A stretch of DNA of 63,665 nt, filler included, from Reticulomyxa filosa (Eukaryota; Protista; Foraminifera), in NCBI GenBank assembly GCA_000512085.1. It is 26 parts of 26 records of this genome, joined end to end, with 100 filler letters (N's around TTAATTAATTAA, not from the genome) between each part and the next. Parts side by side here need not be neighbours in the genome. Positions count along the whole stretch, not along the records: positions 52,346 to 54,152 come from ASPP01003272.1; positions 54,253 to 57,953 come from ASPP01004878.1; positions 58,054 to 59,082 come from ASPP01004955.1; positions 59,183 to 61,360 come from ASPP01047311.1; positions 61,461 to 62,554 come from ASPP01021025.1; positions 62,655 to 63,665 come from ASPP01040842.1; 20 more parts are not named here. The stretch is one strand, 5' to 3'. The position numbers and the translations under genes were made by a program. The stretch's first letter is position 1, and each line of letters starts with the position of its first letter. A model generated the notes under the pieces. The model did not search any database, had not been told where the DNA came from, and saw only the letters and a program-made list of their open reading frames with translations. Shown here piece by piece: positions 52,402 through 63,665 of this stretch.

Positions 52402-53946
52402 GATACCACACAGGCCGATTTTCATGCGAAGACAGTGCAAGCTGGACTCCGCAATTGCGCAATGCGTTGAAATACAATCCGGACCGTGAAGCGAAGACAG
52501 ACAATGGCATATTTTGGATGGCATTTGAAGATGTGATGAAGTATTTCAGTGCCGTGTTTATGAACTGGAACCCCGAGTTATTTTCGTTCCGCATAGCGCA
52601 GCACGGGTTTTGGCCGGCGATGTTGGGTCCGAAGAATGACACGTTCAACCTAGGTTATAACCCGCAGTATCTCTTGGACGTCGAAATCAAAGCCGCCAAA
52701 GATACGACCCAGCATCTTGCAAATGTCTCCGGCTCCGTCTGGATACTCTTGTCCAAACATATGGAAAACACAAAGCGCGAGGAGCAAAACAAAAATGACT
52801 TTTTGACTTTGCACGTTTACGACGATAGTGCCGATATTGATACTATTGACAGGAGAATTTTTTATCGAAAGGGCGCACTTATCTCCGGTGTGAATATATA
52901 CATATAGTACATATAATTTATATATTTTTATACGTTATTAATCTTGTTTTAATTTATTTTTTAAATTGCAATGCATAGGAGTGTATATCAATTCTCCACA
53001 CTATTTGCTTCGCATTGACGTTGATCCCCAAAAAATAAAACAAAAAAATAATAAAAATCGCTTTGAATTTACGGTGGTCATTTCGCAATATGAAAAAAAA
53101 ATGATGTGTCTTATACCATCACTGCTTATAGTACTTTCCCATGTCTTTTCAGGTTTTGTGTTGTCTTTTCTCGACCCTTCCATCTCCGTTTTTTTTTTTT
53201 TTTTTTTGCTGTTCTTATGGAAACTATATCCCATTTTTTATTCTCGCTCTTTTCCACAGACCGATCCCGGAGCAAAAGTTTTGGAAATATCGAAAAGTAG
53301 TTAAAGGTGCTTGGACAAAAAAAGTTTGTGGAGGTTCCCCAAATGGTGACACCTTCCCAAACAACCCGCAATTCCGAATCAAACTCATTGATACAACTAA
53401 TTTAAGGCTCGTTTAATAATATTTGTAAGCAAAATATATACATATATATGTATATGTTTGTATGTATAAATTATATGCAGATTCTTGCTGGAAGCTCCGG
53501 TGGATTACTCGGTAAACATTCAAATGTATCGCTGCATAAATTTTGAAAAAGAAGACCCCTTTTTGGTTGTGCCGCCTAGTGACGCCAGTGATTACAACAA
53601 AAAAGAGTTGGCGAACAATGAGAAAAAAAGTAGTGACGCACAAGAAAATAAGGAAGAAGACCAGGAAGAAGTCAATGAAGAAACCGTGAATGTCGACAAT
53701 ATGGCAACGACGAGTGAAAAAAATCCCAACAAGGCTGTAGGAAAAATCATCGCAAGGGAACACTATACAAAAGACTTATTGGTGAGAAGCAGTGGCGCAT
53801 ACCGTCCAGGAGTGGTGTATATGGACATCAAAGGCTTGGACGAAGGAGTTTACATTGCCATCATCAGCACTTTTGAACCGAATCAAATTGGCGGGTTTAA
53901 ATTTACTGTTAGATCAAACCAAAGAATTGGTTTCACTCCGGTGTAA
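52402..53946 (+). CDS. Calpain-7/PalB-like protease, end of CysPc domain plus two domain-III modules
   Basis: WTPQLRNALKY..DNGIFWMAF..NWNP, NPQY, VWILLSKH, GVYINSPH, VISQYE, CGGSPN..NNPQF, SSGAYRPG, STFEPNQIGGF. Confidence 0.9.
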
Positions 53947-54399
53947 GGAGCGAGGAGGAGAGGGAAAGGGAGTCTTCTTAACCTTGTTTTTTTTCTTGTG
54001 TGCAAGTGGGCCTCAACTTGCAGCTACTTTCTTCGTAATTATGAATGTGATTGATACGTTCTTTAGATGAAAAAAAAAAAAATTCTGCAACTTCTCCTAG
54101 TCAATTTTTTCTCTTCCTTTTGTTTCTTTTCCTTTGTTTTTTTGTGTTCGAANNNNNNNNNNNNNNNNNNNNNNNNNNNNNNNNNNNNNNNNNNNNTTAA
54201 TTAATTAANNNNNNNNNNNNNNNNNNNNNNNNNNNNNNNNNNNNNNNNNNNNACTCAAATATTATTATATTGACAAACTTATACTGTTTCCAAACATAAA
54301 TTATTATAACGATGCAGGAATAAAAATGAAATTGAATTTTTGTTTTTAAGATCATTTCAAAGGAGTCATTTCTTCCCTTTTTTTGAACTCATTAATAAC

Positions 54400-55612
54400 A
54401 TGTTTAATCAAAACAAAACTCTCTTTCAAAGTTTGAAGGATTTACCAATTCCACTTTGTCACACTCAATGTATACTATACAAACACGAACTCCTTATTTG
54501 TGGAGGTTATGAACAAAGAGTTTGTTATTCTTATCATACAATCAAAAACGAATATAAGTTTATCTGTGAATATCCAATTGATGCTGCATTACAAGTACAT
54601 TGTGTAGTGAAACTGGTAGATAACAACAAAGATAATGATCAAATCACTTTATTATCTTTTGGATCTACTAATGATGGAGAAAATAAACATACATTGATAA
54701 TGAAATATGTAAGTGTTTGGAACGAATTAAATGATTGTAATCAATGGATCCCTTTCACAGATAATCATAATAATCCAATTATCCTTGGTGGAAATAGTGA
54801 TTATCGAGGAGTACGTGCAGTGATTGGTGGAAGAAATAAAAATTTATTATTTATCGCTTATTATTATTATAATATTAGTGTATTTAATTTAAATACATTT
54901 CAATTTATTAGATATGATATTTTACCAATTGATAAATCAATATCTTTTTATTGCTTTGTATTAAAGCCAGAAGATGAAAAAGAACAAGAAATGATGAAAA
55001 TAAATAGACAAAATTGTCAAATGTTATTATTTAAACAGAGTAAGGGATTATCAATTGAATATGATGAAGATAATAACACTTTTCAATATCATCAACTATC
55101 TATTTGTGATGATATTATACCATTCTATGCATATGCGTATGTATGTATCGATGATATCATATTATTCTTTGGTGGATATTATTGGAGTGGTAATACATGT
55201 ATTATTTCAAAATTAGTGCACAAATATTCAATTCGAGAAAATAAATGGATGGTATTTGAAAACACTTTACCCATTTCATTGTCTGATAGTGTTGCGATAT
55301 TGAATGAAGAAGACAATGATATTCACATTATTGGAGGACAAGATAATAAATATACAGCAGTATTAACTCATATGAAGACTAAATTGAGTATATGGGATCC
55401 TTTACAATTGGTAATTATTTATTTATTTATTTATTTTAATGAAATAAAAATAAATTTGACAAATAATTAATAATAAACAGTCAAAAAATGAAATTAATTA
55501 TGTTATTCAATATTGGATTCGAATTTTAGAAATAGAAATAAAATTAGGATGGATTGATGATTTTAACAAAATTATTATAAAATATAGTCGAAAGAAATAT
55601 AGAAATAATTAA
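54400..55612 (+). CDS. Kelch-like beta-propeller protein with a short helical C-terminal exon
   Basis: LPIPL..ELLICGG, VRAVIGG, IILFFGG, IHIIGG. Intron 55411-55480. Last exon SKNEINYVIQYWIRILEIEIKLGWIDDFNKIIIKY. Confidence 0.8.
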
Positions 55613-55920
55613 AAAGCATAATTGAATATATATATAATAATGTCCTCTTTAAATTTGGCTTTGATTTTGATTTTTTTTTTCATTTTTTTTGTTAAATTGG
55701 AAGATTGATCAAAAATATAACTTATTGTACAAATACAAGTTTTCAAAATAATATCCATTCCAATCAAAGGAGTAAGAAGAGAAAATCAAAAAGAATGACA
55801 TTTTTTAAATTTTTTCAAAGGTTTGATAATATCAATTATTCAAAAATATATTATTCTATCTACATTCAAAGTGATTTAGTAAATTTAAAAAAAAAAAAAA
55901 ACTGGCTTATTTAAATATTT

Positions 55921-56140
55921 CTTTTTTTTTTTACTTTTGCTCTTGCAGTTTCATGTATAGAGACCTTTTCGTCTGTTTTTTTCGCTTTCATCTTGTATTT
56001 TTCTCATTTTTTGAAGTCTCAGCAAGAGTTTCTTTTTTTCCTGTTTGTGATTGTCCATGACTTAACCGTTATGGAAAAAATTAGGAGGAAGGGATGCTTC
56101 AAGTTTTTTAAAAAAACAAAATTTTTTCAGTTTGGATATG
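55921..56140 (-). pseudogene. Degenerate copy of the NACHT gene 5' end and upstream region
   Basis: Aligns by eye to ~41455-41720 (tcttgcagtttcat.ta.ag.gaccttttcgtctgtttt; aaaaaattaggaggaaggga; ttttcagtttggatat). Frameshifted. Confidence 0.75.
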
Positions 56141-58053
56141 CATAATTTTTTTACTTTTGATTTTGACAGTTTTATTTATCAAGGTCGTGTTTCTTGCTGA
56201 AAATAATTACTTTTTATTCAATTTGAGACATGTCTATTTACTTGAAAAATTAGATTTTATATTTACTCCTTTTTTTTTATGGTTGCAGTCCGAAACGAGA
56301 CTTACATCAAGAATGTGTACTATCAACAGGATTGGAACTTGTACAATTGCCTAAAAACAAAATTTAACATTAAAAATATCAAATAACAAAAAATTTGTTA
56401 AAATGAATAATATATTCATGAAACAATAAAATTTTGTTGCAAAAGAAAATTCTGTCCAAAAAAGTGTTTTTCATGTACTTATTTTTGAACATAGTACATT
56501 TTATATATAAAATGATAATTTTTTGGTTCAATTTAAACAATATCATAATTTTACTTTTACTTTAATAATAATAAAAAATTATTTCATTAAAGAAGTTATT
56601 ACGTTATTTTAAATAATTTCTTACTTTATGCCGTTTCATCAAATATTTACAATATGATAAGAAAAAAGAAATTTTAATAGTACTCACATCACAAACAGTT
56701 ATGATGTGTTGTGAAAAAAAAGTGTCAACTGACAATCAAAAGGCCTATCTCCTATAATGAAAAGTAAAGTTGAATCAACGTAACAAGAAATTACTTTTTG
56801 ACTCCGTTTGTTGAGAGAATTGACGGAAAACACGAATTTCCTGAGAATAATTTTTGAATTTGATATTTTTGTCACTGATTTTATGGAAAAAATAGGATTT
56901 ACCTGGAATTTTCTGTACATTTTTTAAGAATTTTTTGAAACAGTGATTTGATTTGTTGGGTCTGTTCTGTGATTTCAAATTTCTTCAACTAATTATAAAC
57001 AAGTTTTTTAATTTAGAAATCAATGTATGTTATTGAATTAACTTCGGTAACCCTTAGAAGATAAATATTTGAAGCGTGTTGTTCGTTGTTGAATTTTTAT
57101 ATTTTATGAGTATACTGCATATTTTAGAAACAAATGAGTAAAGTTTTCCGATTTGCTGTGTCTTGGAAAAAACTTATATTTTCTGGAAGATATAGACATA
57201 TACTCGATTTTTTAATATTAAGGATTATTTTGTTAGTTTTTTAAAAAATCTTTACTTATTAATTTTGAAAATATTGTCAATAATAACAATGACACCATTT
57301 TTCAAATCAAAAATAGTGTTTTTATTGTAAACATATTTGCTTTTCGTTGTCATTGTCTTTGTGATCGCTATCACAAATACTCCATCTTTTATTTATACTT
57401 TTGGAGTAGCTACAGATTTTAATTTTGCATGCCCCATTCAACGTCATCATCTTAAATCTCGTAACGAGATAGAGAAAAATAATAAATTCATATTTCTATG
57501 TGAACTTGGACGATTGTTATATCCAATATTGGAATCTTTTTTTTTTGGGGAAGAAACTTATTGTCACCATGAACATCGATACAATTTGAGGATGGCTTGG
57601 CACGAGTGATAGCAATATCTGCATTTGAATGTCCATGCATCGAATCAGCATTAATTAATTACAGATTTTCCATTTGGATTTCAATGCATCAAATCTGTCT
57701 TTGTGTATACTATCACATAAACACTTTTTCTTCATATCCTATTTTTCATTTGCTTGGCTCATTGCAATGCATCCAAATCTTTATTATTACTTTTGGAGTC
57801 AATACATGATATATTTGTCATAGCCCATCTGCTATTTCGAGTTCAATTCTATGTGGCTCTTCGTTTAATACTCCAAATATCACATTTATATAATCTTACT
57901 TTTTAAAGTTGATTTTATTATTATTATTAATAAATTTAATACTTTTTTTAAAANNNNNNNNNNNNNNNNNNNNNNNNNNNNNNNNNNNNNNNNNNNNTTA
58001 ATTAATTAANNNNNNNNNNNNNNNNNNNNNNNNNNNNNNNNNNNNNNNNNNNN

Positions 58054-58941
58054 CCTGTTCTTCCTTCTTCTTCTATTCTTCCTCCTCCTTCTTCTTCTTC
58101 TTGTTTGACTGGCCCTGGTGCAACTCCATCGCCAAATGTCGGGATTTCGCAGATGCAAACGCCCACCCATGTGACGAAAACAGACATGGACACACCCACG
58201 CGTGAAAATACAATTCCGAATCTGCCCGCGGTGTCGACGCCCTCGGTGGATCGCATCTGCGAACACCCCTTTTCCAGCAAACTGACGGACGAGGAAAAGC
58301 AGATGCTGCAGTCGATTCGACAGTCGAGACGCATGATTCCGCAAATTGGCGAGGCGTGCGAGCCATTGCACTCATTGAATCATCGCCATGTGAAAACCCC
58401 TTGGTTTTTTCCCAAAGAAAAGCCCTACCATTTGTCGACAGAAAGACTGTTTAAACACTTGAATCTCGACACCCTGTTTTTTATCTTTTACTTTGAACGA
58501 AACACGCTGTCGCAGTACTACGCGGCCAAGCAATTGAAACAGCACGGCTGGACTTATCATAGCAAACTTCAAAAATGGTTTCAACGTCATCTATTGACCG
58601 TCGACGAAAAAGAGCAAGAAGAGAAGCTGCTCGCCACCAAAATGAACTCTTCCCATTTTGGCAAAGATAAGGACAGCACGAAAAAGAAGGATCGATATAA
58701 AGATAAAGATAAAAAAGAAAATGGAACTGTGTTTGATCTCTCCACAAATGATCCCTTCTATTATCCAACACTGCCTCAACACCATCCTTATGCGGCTATT
58801 GAAAGGAACCAACAAGACATGCCGAAAAACAAAGTCTCCAATGTCGCTCAGCCCTGTTTTATGGAGTCTCTCTTGCTGAACCGTGATCAAGACGCCTCTG
58901 CTTTCATTCCACGTAATAGTGCCTTCATATCTCATGTTTAG
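58054..58941 (+). CDS. CCR4-NOT NOT2/3/5 (NOT-box) protein fragment
   Basis: TPWFFP..LFKHLNLDTLFFIFYFERNTLSQYYAAKQLKQHGWTYHSKLQKWFQR. Confidence 0.85.
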   Translation, partial: PVLPSSSILPPPSSSSCLTGPGATPSPNVGISQMQTPTHVTKTDMDTPTRENTIPNLPAVSTPSVDRICEHPFSSKLTDEEKQMLQSIRQSRRMIPQIGEACEPLHSLNHRHVKTPWFFPKEKPYHLSTERLFKHLNLDTLFFIFYFERNTLSQYYAAKQLKQHGWTYHSKLQKWFQRHLLTVDEKEQEEKLLATKMNSSHFGKDKDSTKKKDRYKDKDKKENGTVFDLSTNDPFYYPTLPQHHPYAAIERNQQDMPKNKVSNVAQPCFMESLLLNRDQDASAFIPRNSAFISHV

Positions 58942-60089
58942 TGTGAGTGGGGGTTGCCGTTTGAGGAAAGGGAGAAGGATGGAAGGGGTAAGGAAGAGAG
59001 GAAGAAAGGAAGAAAGGAAGAAAGGAAGAAAGGAGGAGGAGGAGAAATCAATAAAAAAAAAAAAGATGCAACAGTAATGTAANNNNNNNNNNNNNNNNNN
59101 NNNNNNNNNNNNNNNNNNNNNNNNNNTTAATTAATTAANNNNNNNNNNNNNNNNNNNNNNNNNNNNNNNNNNNNNNNNNNNNGAACGCTAAACAATTTAC
59201 CAAAAAACATGCCAAGTGAACACAATATCAATCATGCGGAAAAAATAATAGATAGTGTCAAACATTTTGGATGAATCGAAATTTGCGATTTGTTTTTTTA
59301 CTTTGTTTTGCTTTTTTTACCATTTTCCTTGGGTGGTTTGTTCGTTCTTTAGTGTACTCTTTTTTGTTTTGTTGTTCTTTTTCTTTCAAACAGACAATTT
59401 TTAAATGGTTAACCATTTGCTATGTTTGAATACGAGTGAAAACAAAAATTTTAAATGTACATGTTAAACTTTGAGTTTCCATCGAAAAGGGCTGCATTGA
59501 TTTCCATCAGACAAAAAATACATGAAAATGAGTCCAATTATTTTAACAATAACAAATAATTAATTGGATCAACCACAGTTGGTGGGCTGAGATAAAAAAC
59601 ATTAACAAGCCATTTTGATAAGATGTATGTCCTTTTACTGGAACAAAGCGAAACTATGTTAATACAGGAAAAATTTTAATTGACAAAAACTAAAATCTTG
59701 TATATCTACATTCGTTTAACATATCTTGTAATAATTAGGTATACCTTTTTGTGCAATAATATTTTTCAAAAAAAAAGAAAGAGTCAAGTTTATTAATAGT
59801 TTTTTAATACAATTATGTACGTGATAGCACTCCTTTCATGTTCATCCGCTTGTGGAACATTGGCCTTAAAGAAATTTACAGTTACTTTAAAAGCCAGCCA
59901 TTTTGATTTTTCTTGAGAAAACAATCAAAGTTAGCACAGTTCTCAGAAAATCTCTTTGGTTAAGAAAAATACATTACGAATCAATTTTCTTAAATCCAAC
60001 ATAACACTAACTGACCTAAATAATATCATTTCCTAAAATGGATTAGTTCCAGATTTTTTTCTTCTCTTTTATGTGAGTATTTTCCAACA

Positions 60090-60720
60090 AATTACGTCTT
60101 ATGAAGATTCAAAAATAAATTTAGTTTTTGTGAAACAAACTTTTTTACGTTTTCAGTGTAATATTTTTGATTATACTTAAAAGTATATTTAGTGACTTGG
60201 ATTGAATCGTCAACAGAAATTTGTAGAAGAACTTGGTGGGATATTGTAATCCTTTTGTTTATGCTTAAATATTGAACTATAGTATCCAATTGTCCATTAT
60301 TTAATTTTGGTGATATTGTTCGGAGTATTTTTGTATATGAGTTTTGGACACTGTCATCACAAGCAAATATATTTTTTGGACATGAATACATCATCTAGGT
60401 GATCAGTTAATTTCGATGATATTCTTTCGAGTATTGCTACCTTATAATCTTTATGATTGAGTTTTTCTTTTGAACTGGAAAACAAATTATTCGATTGCGT
60501 TTCATTCATGTTCGATGCCATTTCTTGAAGTACTTTCGCATATGAACAGCGAATATAAGTGTACTTATTATTTAATCACTTTAGTAAAAATTTAAATATG
60601 AGATTCATTTGGTTCATTCAACTTCGATGTTGTTGATTCGAATATTTTCTCATATGAACGGTGGACATGATAATTTGTATAGTTAAATCCTTATTAAAGC
60701 AGGTTATTTAATTGTGTTCA
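60090..60720 (-). pseudogene. Decayed HEAT-like repeat gene
   Basis: Repeated units such as DSVQNSYTKILRTISPKLNNGQLD and IRCSYAKVLQEMASNMNETQ, interrupted by stops. Confidence 0.5.
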
Positions 60721-61304
60721 ATCAAATAATAATTCTTTTTTTGCAAGAGGTTTTTAAATATAAAAAACAATTAATGCCGATCTATTTGCTATTAACAAAA
60801 TATGATAAAATTTGATTAGAGTTTTTGTGTCGCATTAGAATTTTTTTGAAGAAAAAAGTTTTATAGTAGTCATTTGATGAATCCTTTTTGAGCCAGATTT
60901 TTGTGTAATCTTAAATTTCAACCAAAGATATTACAAAATCAAATTTCTTTGTATTAAGTATGTTCGGTTATTACAAGTCTCTTCATAAACATTATTTTTC
61001 AGATTCTAGTAACGCAAAACAAAGAGTTGTTATTTTTGCAATCACAAAAACGTTATATAACAATTTTTTAAATTAAAAAAAGTGCAATAAATGTGCTTTT
61101 TTTATTTGCATTGCTCACTTATTTATATAATCATTTTTTTGAATCAATTTTATTTATTCAATTAAAAATCTCAAACATCAATCGAAGTATAAAAGTTTGT
61201 AAATGATATTTTTGCATAAGATATTCTTGTAAATCAACTTGTTGATAAAATGTATGTTGCATTGATTAAAATTTTTTAGACAAATAATCTGAAACTCAAA
61301 AATA

Positions 61305-61360
61305 CAGTAGTTTGCAAAAAAAAACTGCCATACCTAAAGGCACTATATGAAGAGAATCGA
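61305..61360 (+). mobile_element. Tc1/mariner-like TIR, family A, second copy
   Basis: TA|CAGTAGTTTGCAAAAAAAAACTGCCATACCTAAAGGCACTATATGAAGAGAATCGA, matching 13704-13759. Confidence 0.7.
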
Positions 61361-61481
61361 NNNNNNNNNNNNNNNNNNNNNNNNNNNNNNNNNNNNNNNN
61401 NNNNTTAATTAATTAANNNNNNNNNNNNNNNNNNNNNNNNNNNNNNNNNNNNNNNNNNNNGACAACAATTATTCATAATAG

Positions 61482-61859
61482 ATTCAATGCGAATGTATCC
61501 CGTTTGAAGCGGGGAAATACACGCTGCAAAACTTTAACAATATGTTGGCAGAGCTGGAGAACAACACGAAGGTGCAAGGGAAGCACTTTCGCTTAATGTG
61601 CAATTTCAATCGCACGCCCGTGTTTTACAGAAACATAGAGGGTGAGTACTCGCGACTCCGAAGGTGGTTGATGGGGAGACATTGGAGTATCATCTGCTCC
61701 TCCTTGGTTATCGCCGACGAACGCTGGGTTCTGGTCGTTGATACAAACGCCCATTTCGGCAACTACTTGATTCCTTCCAAAATCATGTTCGATGCCATCC
61801 AATGTCGTGATTGGAAAGGTTTGCATCGTGGCATTATCAAAGTTTGGTTTCAAGAGTGA
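61482..61859 (+). CDS. Phytochelatin-synthase-like (papain fold) C-terminal exon
   Basis: NFNR..GRHWS..VLVVDTN..YLIP..MFDAI..RD..RG parallels the PCS pattern NY.R..GHFSP..VLILDV..WV..L..AM..D..RG. Confidence 0.5.
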   Translation: MQCECIPFEAGKYTLQNFNNMLAELENNTKVQGKHFRLMCNFNRTPVFYRNIEGEYSRLRRWLMGRHWSIICSSLVIADERWVLVVDTNAHFGNYLIPSKIMFDAIQCRDWKGLHRGIIKVWFQE

Positions 61860-62854
61860 ATTTTATTTTTTTTTTTCTTTGTCGAAAATCTTACTACTTG
61901 GACGATATTTTTTTTTTTGTAAGTTTAGTTTATGGCTTTTTTATTACATTTGGTGAATTTTGTGGTATATGTTTTGGTTAAGTACAATGACTCATTTTCT
62001 ACTTTAACGATCTTGGTAATCCATTTTTAGCATTTTAATTACCTTTTTCCTAGATCAACACGACTTTCATTCTTAAAAAAAAATTTGCCAACGTGTAAAT
62101 GGATTTTGAAAGTATATCTATTTCGTCATAGCATTGCTTTCCTTTCCGTCAACCCTTCCACGAGGAAAAAAATTATTTCGGATGAAAAAGCTAAAACATA
62201 CACAAAAAAACGAACATAGAGAGCAAATACAAAACGTAATGAAGCCAAAAGAAAAAAAAAGAAAGCTGAACGTGTCAAACGAAAATCAGAACTAAAGCCC
62301 CTTTTTCTAAAACTTTTATTACCAGTCTTTTTAATTGTTCACAATAGGGCACACGTTGGGAGAACCAAAGTTTGGGAAGGAGATTTCAAATATAATGGCA
62401 ACAGTGAAAGGCATCCGTGTAATAATTGCTATTTTAAAAAGTTTTTGCTCTTCAGCAAAGTAATCTGCTTCGTATACGAGATCACGTTAAAAAAAAAAAC
62501 AGAGAGAAAAAGAGGTTAATAGAATTTTGGAATATTGGCTTCGATCGTTATTAANNNNNNNNNNNNNNNNNNNNNNNNNNNNNNNNNNNNNNNNNNNNTT
62601 AATTAATTAANNNNNNNNNNNNNNNNNNNNNNNNNNNNNNNNNNNNNNNNNNNNGATTGTCGTTGTTTATTGTTTCTGGAATCATGCCTTAAGGCTAAAC
62701 AAGGATCGATACCCACCACGGTACACTTAAAGCAACTGAGGACAAGATACGCAGTAAGTTTTAAAGCACTTCTACATCTCACACAAGATGCTGAACCGAC
62801 GACGAAACCCCCCAAAAAATGAACTGCAACAAAAAACGGTAACAAAATGGTTTA

Positions 62855-63659
62855 CAGTCACACTCCAGCTACAATATCACAAAATCCAACTACTACAAAA
62901 AATCTTTATATTACTATAAAAAATTTTTTTTACTAGTTAAAAATTTTCTAGTAGAATTTTCTTTTCTTTTTTGGTCTGGAACTTTCTTGGTCTAGACGAC
63001 GTTTGAAATACTTGACTTTACTTTCAAAATCTACTTCAAAACTTAAGAGATGTTGAAGTATCTTGACACTTACAATCTCTTTCAAAATACAACTTTTTAA
63101 GAAAAGTTAATATTAATGATGAATGATAAATATTAATTTTTTTTTTTGTGTTTGCAGCAGGCTCCGAGCAAGAAAAGGCCATGAAGATCCGGAAACAAAA
63201 AAAAGGCGTGTCCTATTCAACAAATGGGATTTTGATCTTGAGATTATTTAATGAAGACAATGTTCCAAGGTTGCAGTGGGGGCTTGTCAAGTGTTGGACT
63301 ACTCTCTTGCTTCATACTCCCTCTCCATATGGTATTTCTTTCTAAGGTCATTCTGGAATTACTGATAATCATAAAGTAGATCTTGTTGCAAATAATGCTC
63401 GCAGGAAAGCATTGAAAATTAATATTTACCCACTTCATCATTAATATTAACTTTTCTTAAAAAGTTGTATTTTGAAAGAGATTGTAAGTGTCAAGATACT
63501 TCAACATCTCTTAAGTTTTGAAGTAGATTTTGAAAGTAAAGTCAAGTATTTCAAACGTCGTCTAGACCAAGAAAGTTCCAGACCAAAAAAGAAAAGAAAA
63601 TTCTACTAGAAAATTTTTAACTAGTTGGATTTTGTGATATTGTAGCTGGAGTGTGACTG
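62855..63659. mobile_element. 805-bp non-autonomous foldback/MITE with long TIRs (TA|CAGTCACACTCC...)
   Basis: 62855-63123 is the reverse complement of 63434-63659 except for a 43-bp indel bounded by ACTA. TA on both sides. Confidence 0.85.
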
Positions 63660-63665
63660 TAAACC

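Noticed and set aside
1-63665. tRNA, rRNA or CRISPR arrays
   Set aside because: None recognised by eye; tRNAscan-SE and Infernal would be needed to exclude them.

Overview
This is not one continuous locus. It is about 26 short unplaced contigs joined by an artificial ~100-nt spacer (N~44-TTAATTAATTAA-N~44), so adjacency across spacers is meaningless. Most contigs are AT-rich protist nuclear DNA with short GT-AG introns full of poly-T/A and (TA/CA)n tracts. The gene families present (NACHT NTPase, caspase-like protease, Kelch-like, WD40, TRAF/RING-like, many decayed copies) resemble the foraminiferan Reticulomyxa filosa; this is my inference. Recognisable genes include an arylsulfatase, a CRAL-TRIO protein, TBC1D23, CPSF1, a CAMK kinase, a 2OG-Fe(II) oxygenase, an ACSBG-type acyl-CoA synthetase, a HAD-IIA hydrolase, calpain-7 and a NOT-box protein. 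One contig (35963-38156) is betaproteobacterial (secY-infA-rpmJ-rpsM-rpsK-rpsD). Mobile DNA comprises a decayed APE-RT LINE and three families of TA/CAGT-ended Tc1-mariner-type inverted-repeat elements. The top candidates are (1) a spliced, in-frame H2B-H2A fused 'doublet' histone gene (49957-50978) in the same order as giant-virus doublets, (2) a 7-TM protein with insect gustatory-receptor/7TMIC-like topology revealed by removing a hidden 99-nt in-frame intron (1859-3109), (3) a caspase-fold protease lacking the p10 Asp-binding Arg, and (4) a contig built from same-strand fragments of three unrelated genes. Single-base frameshifts also occur in essential bacterial genes, so isolated frameshifts here are probably sequencing errors.
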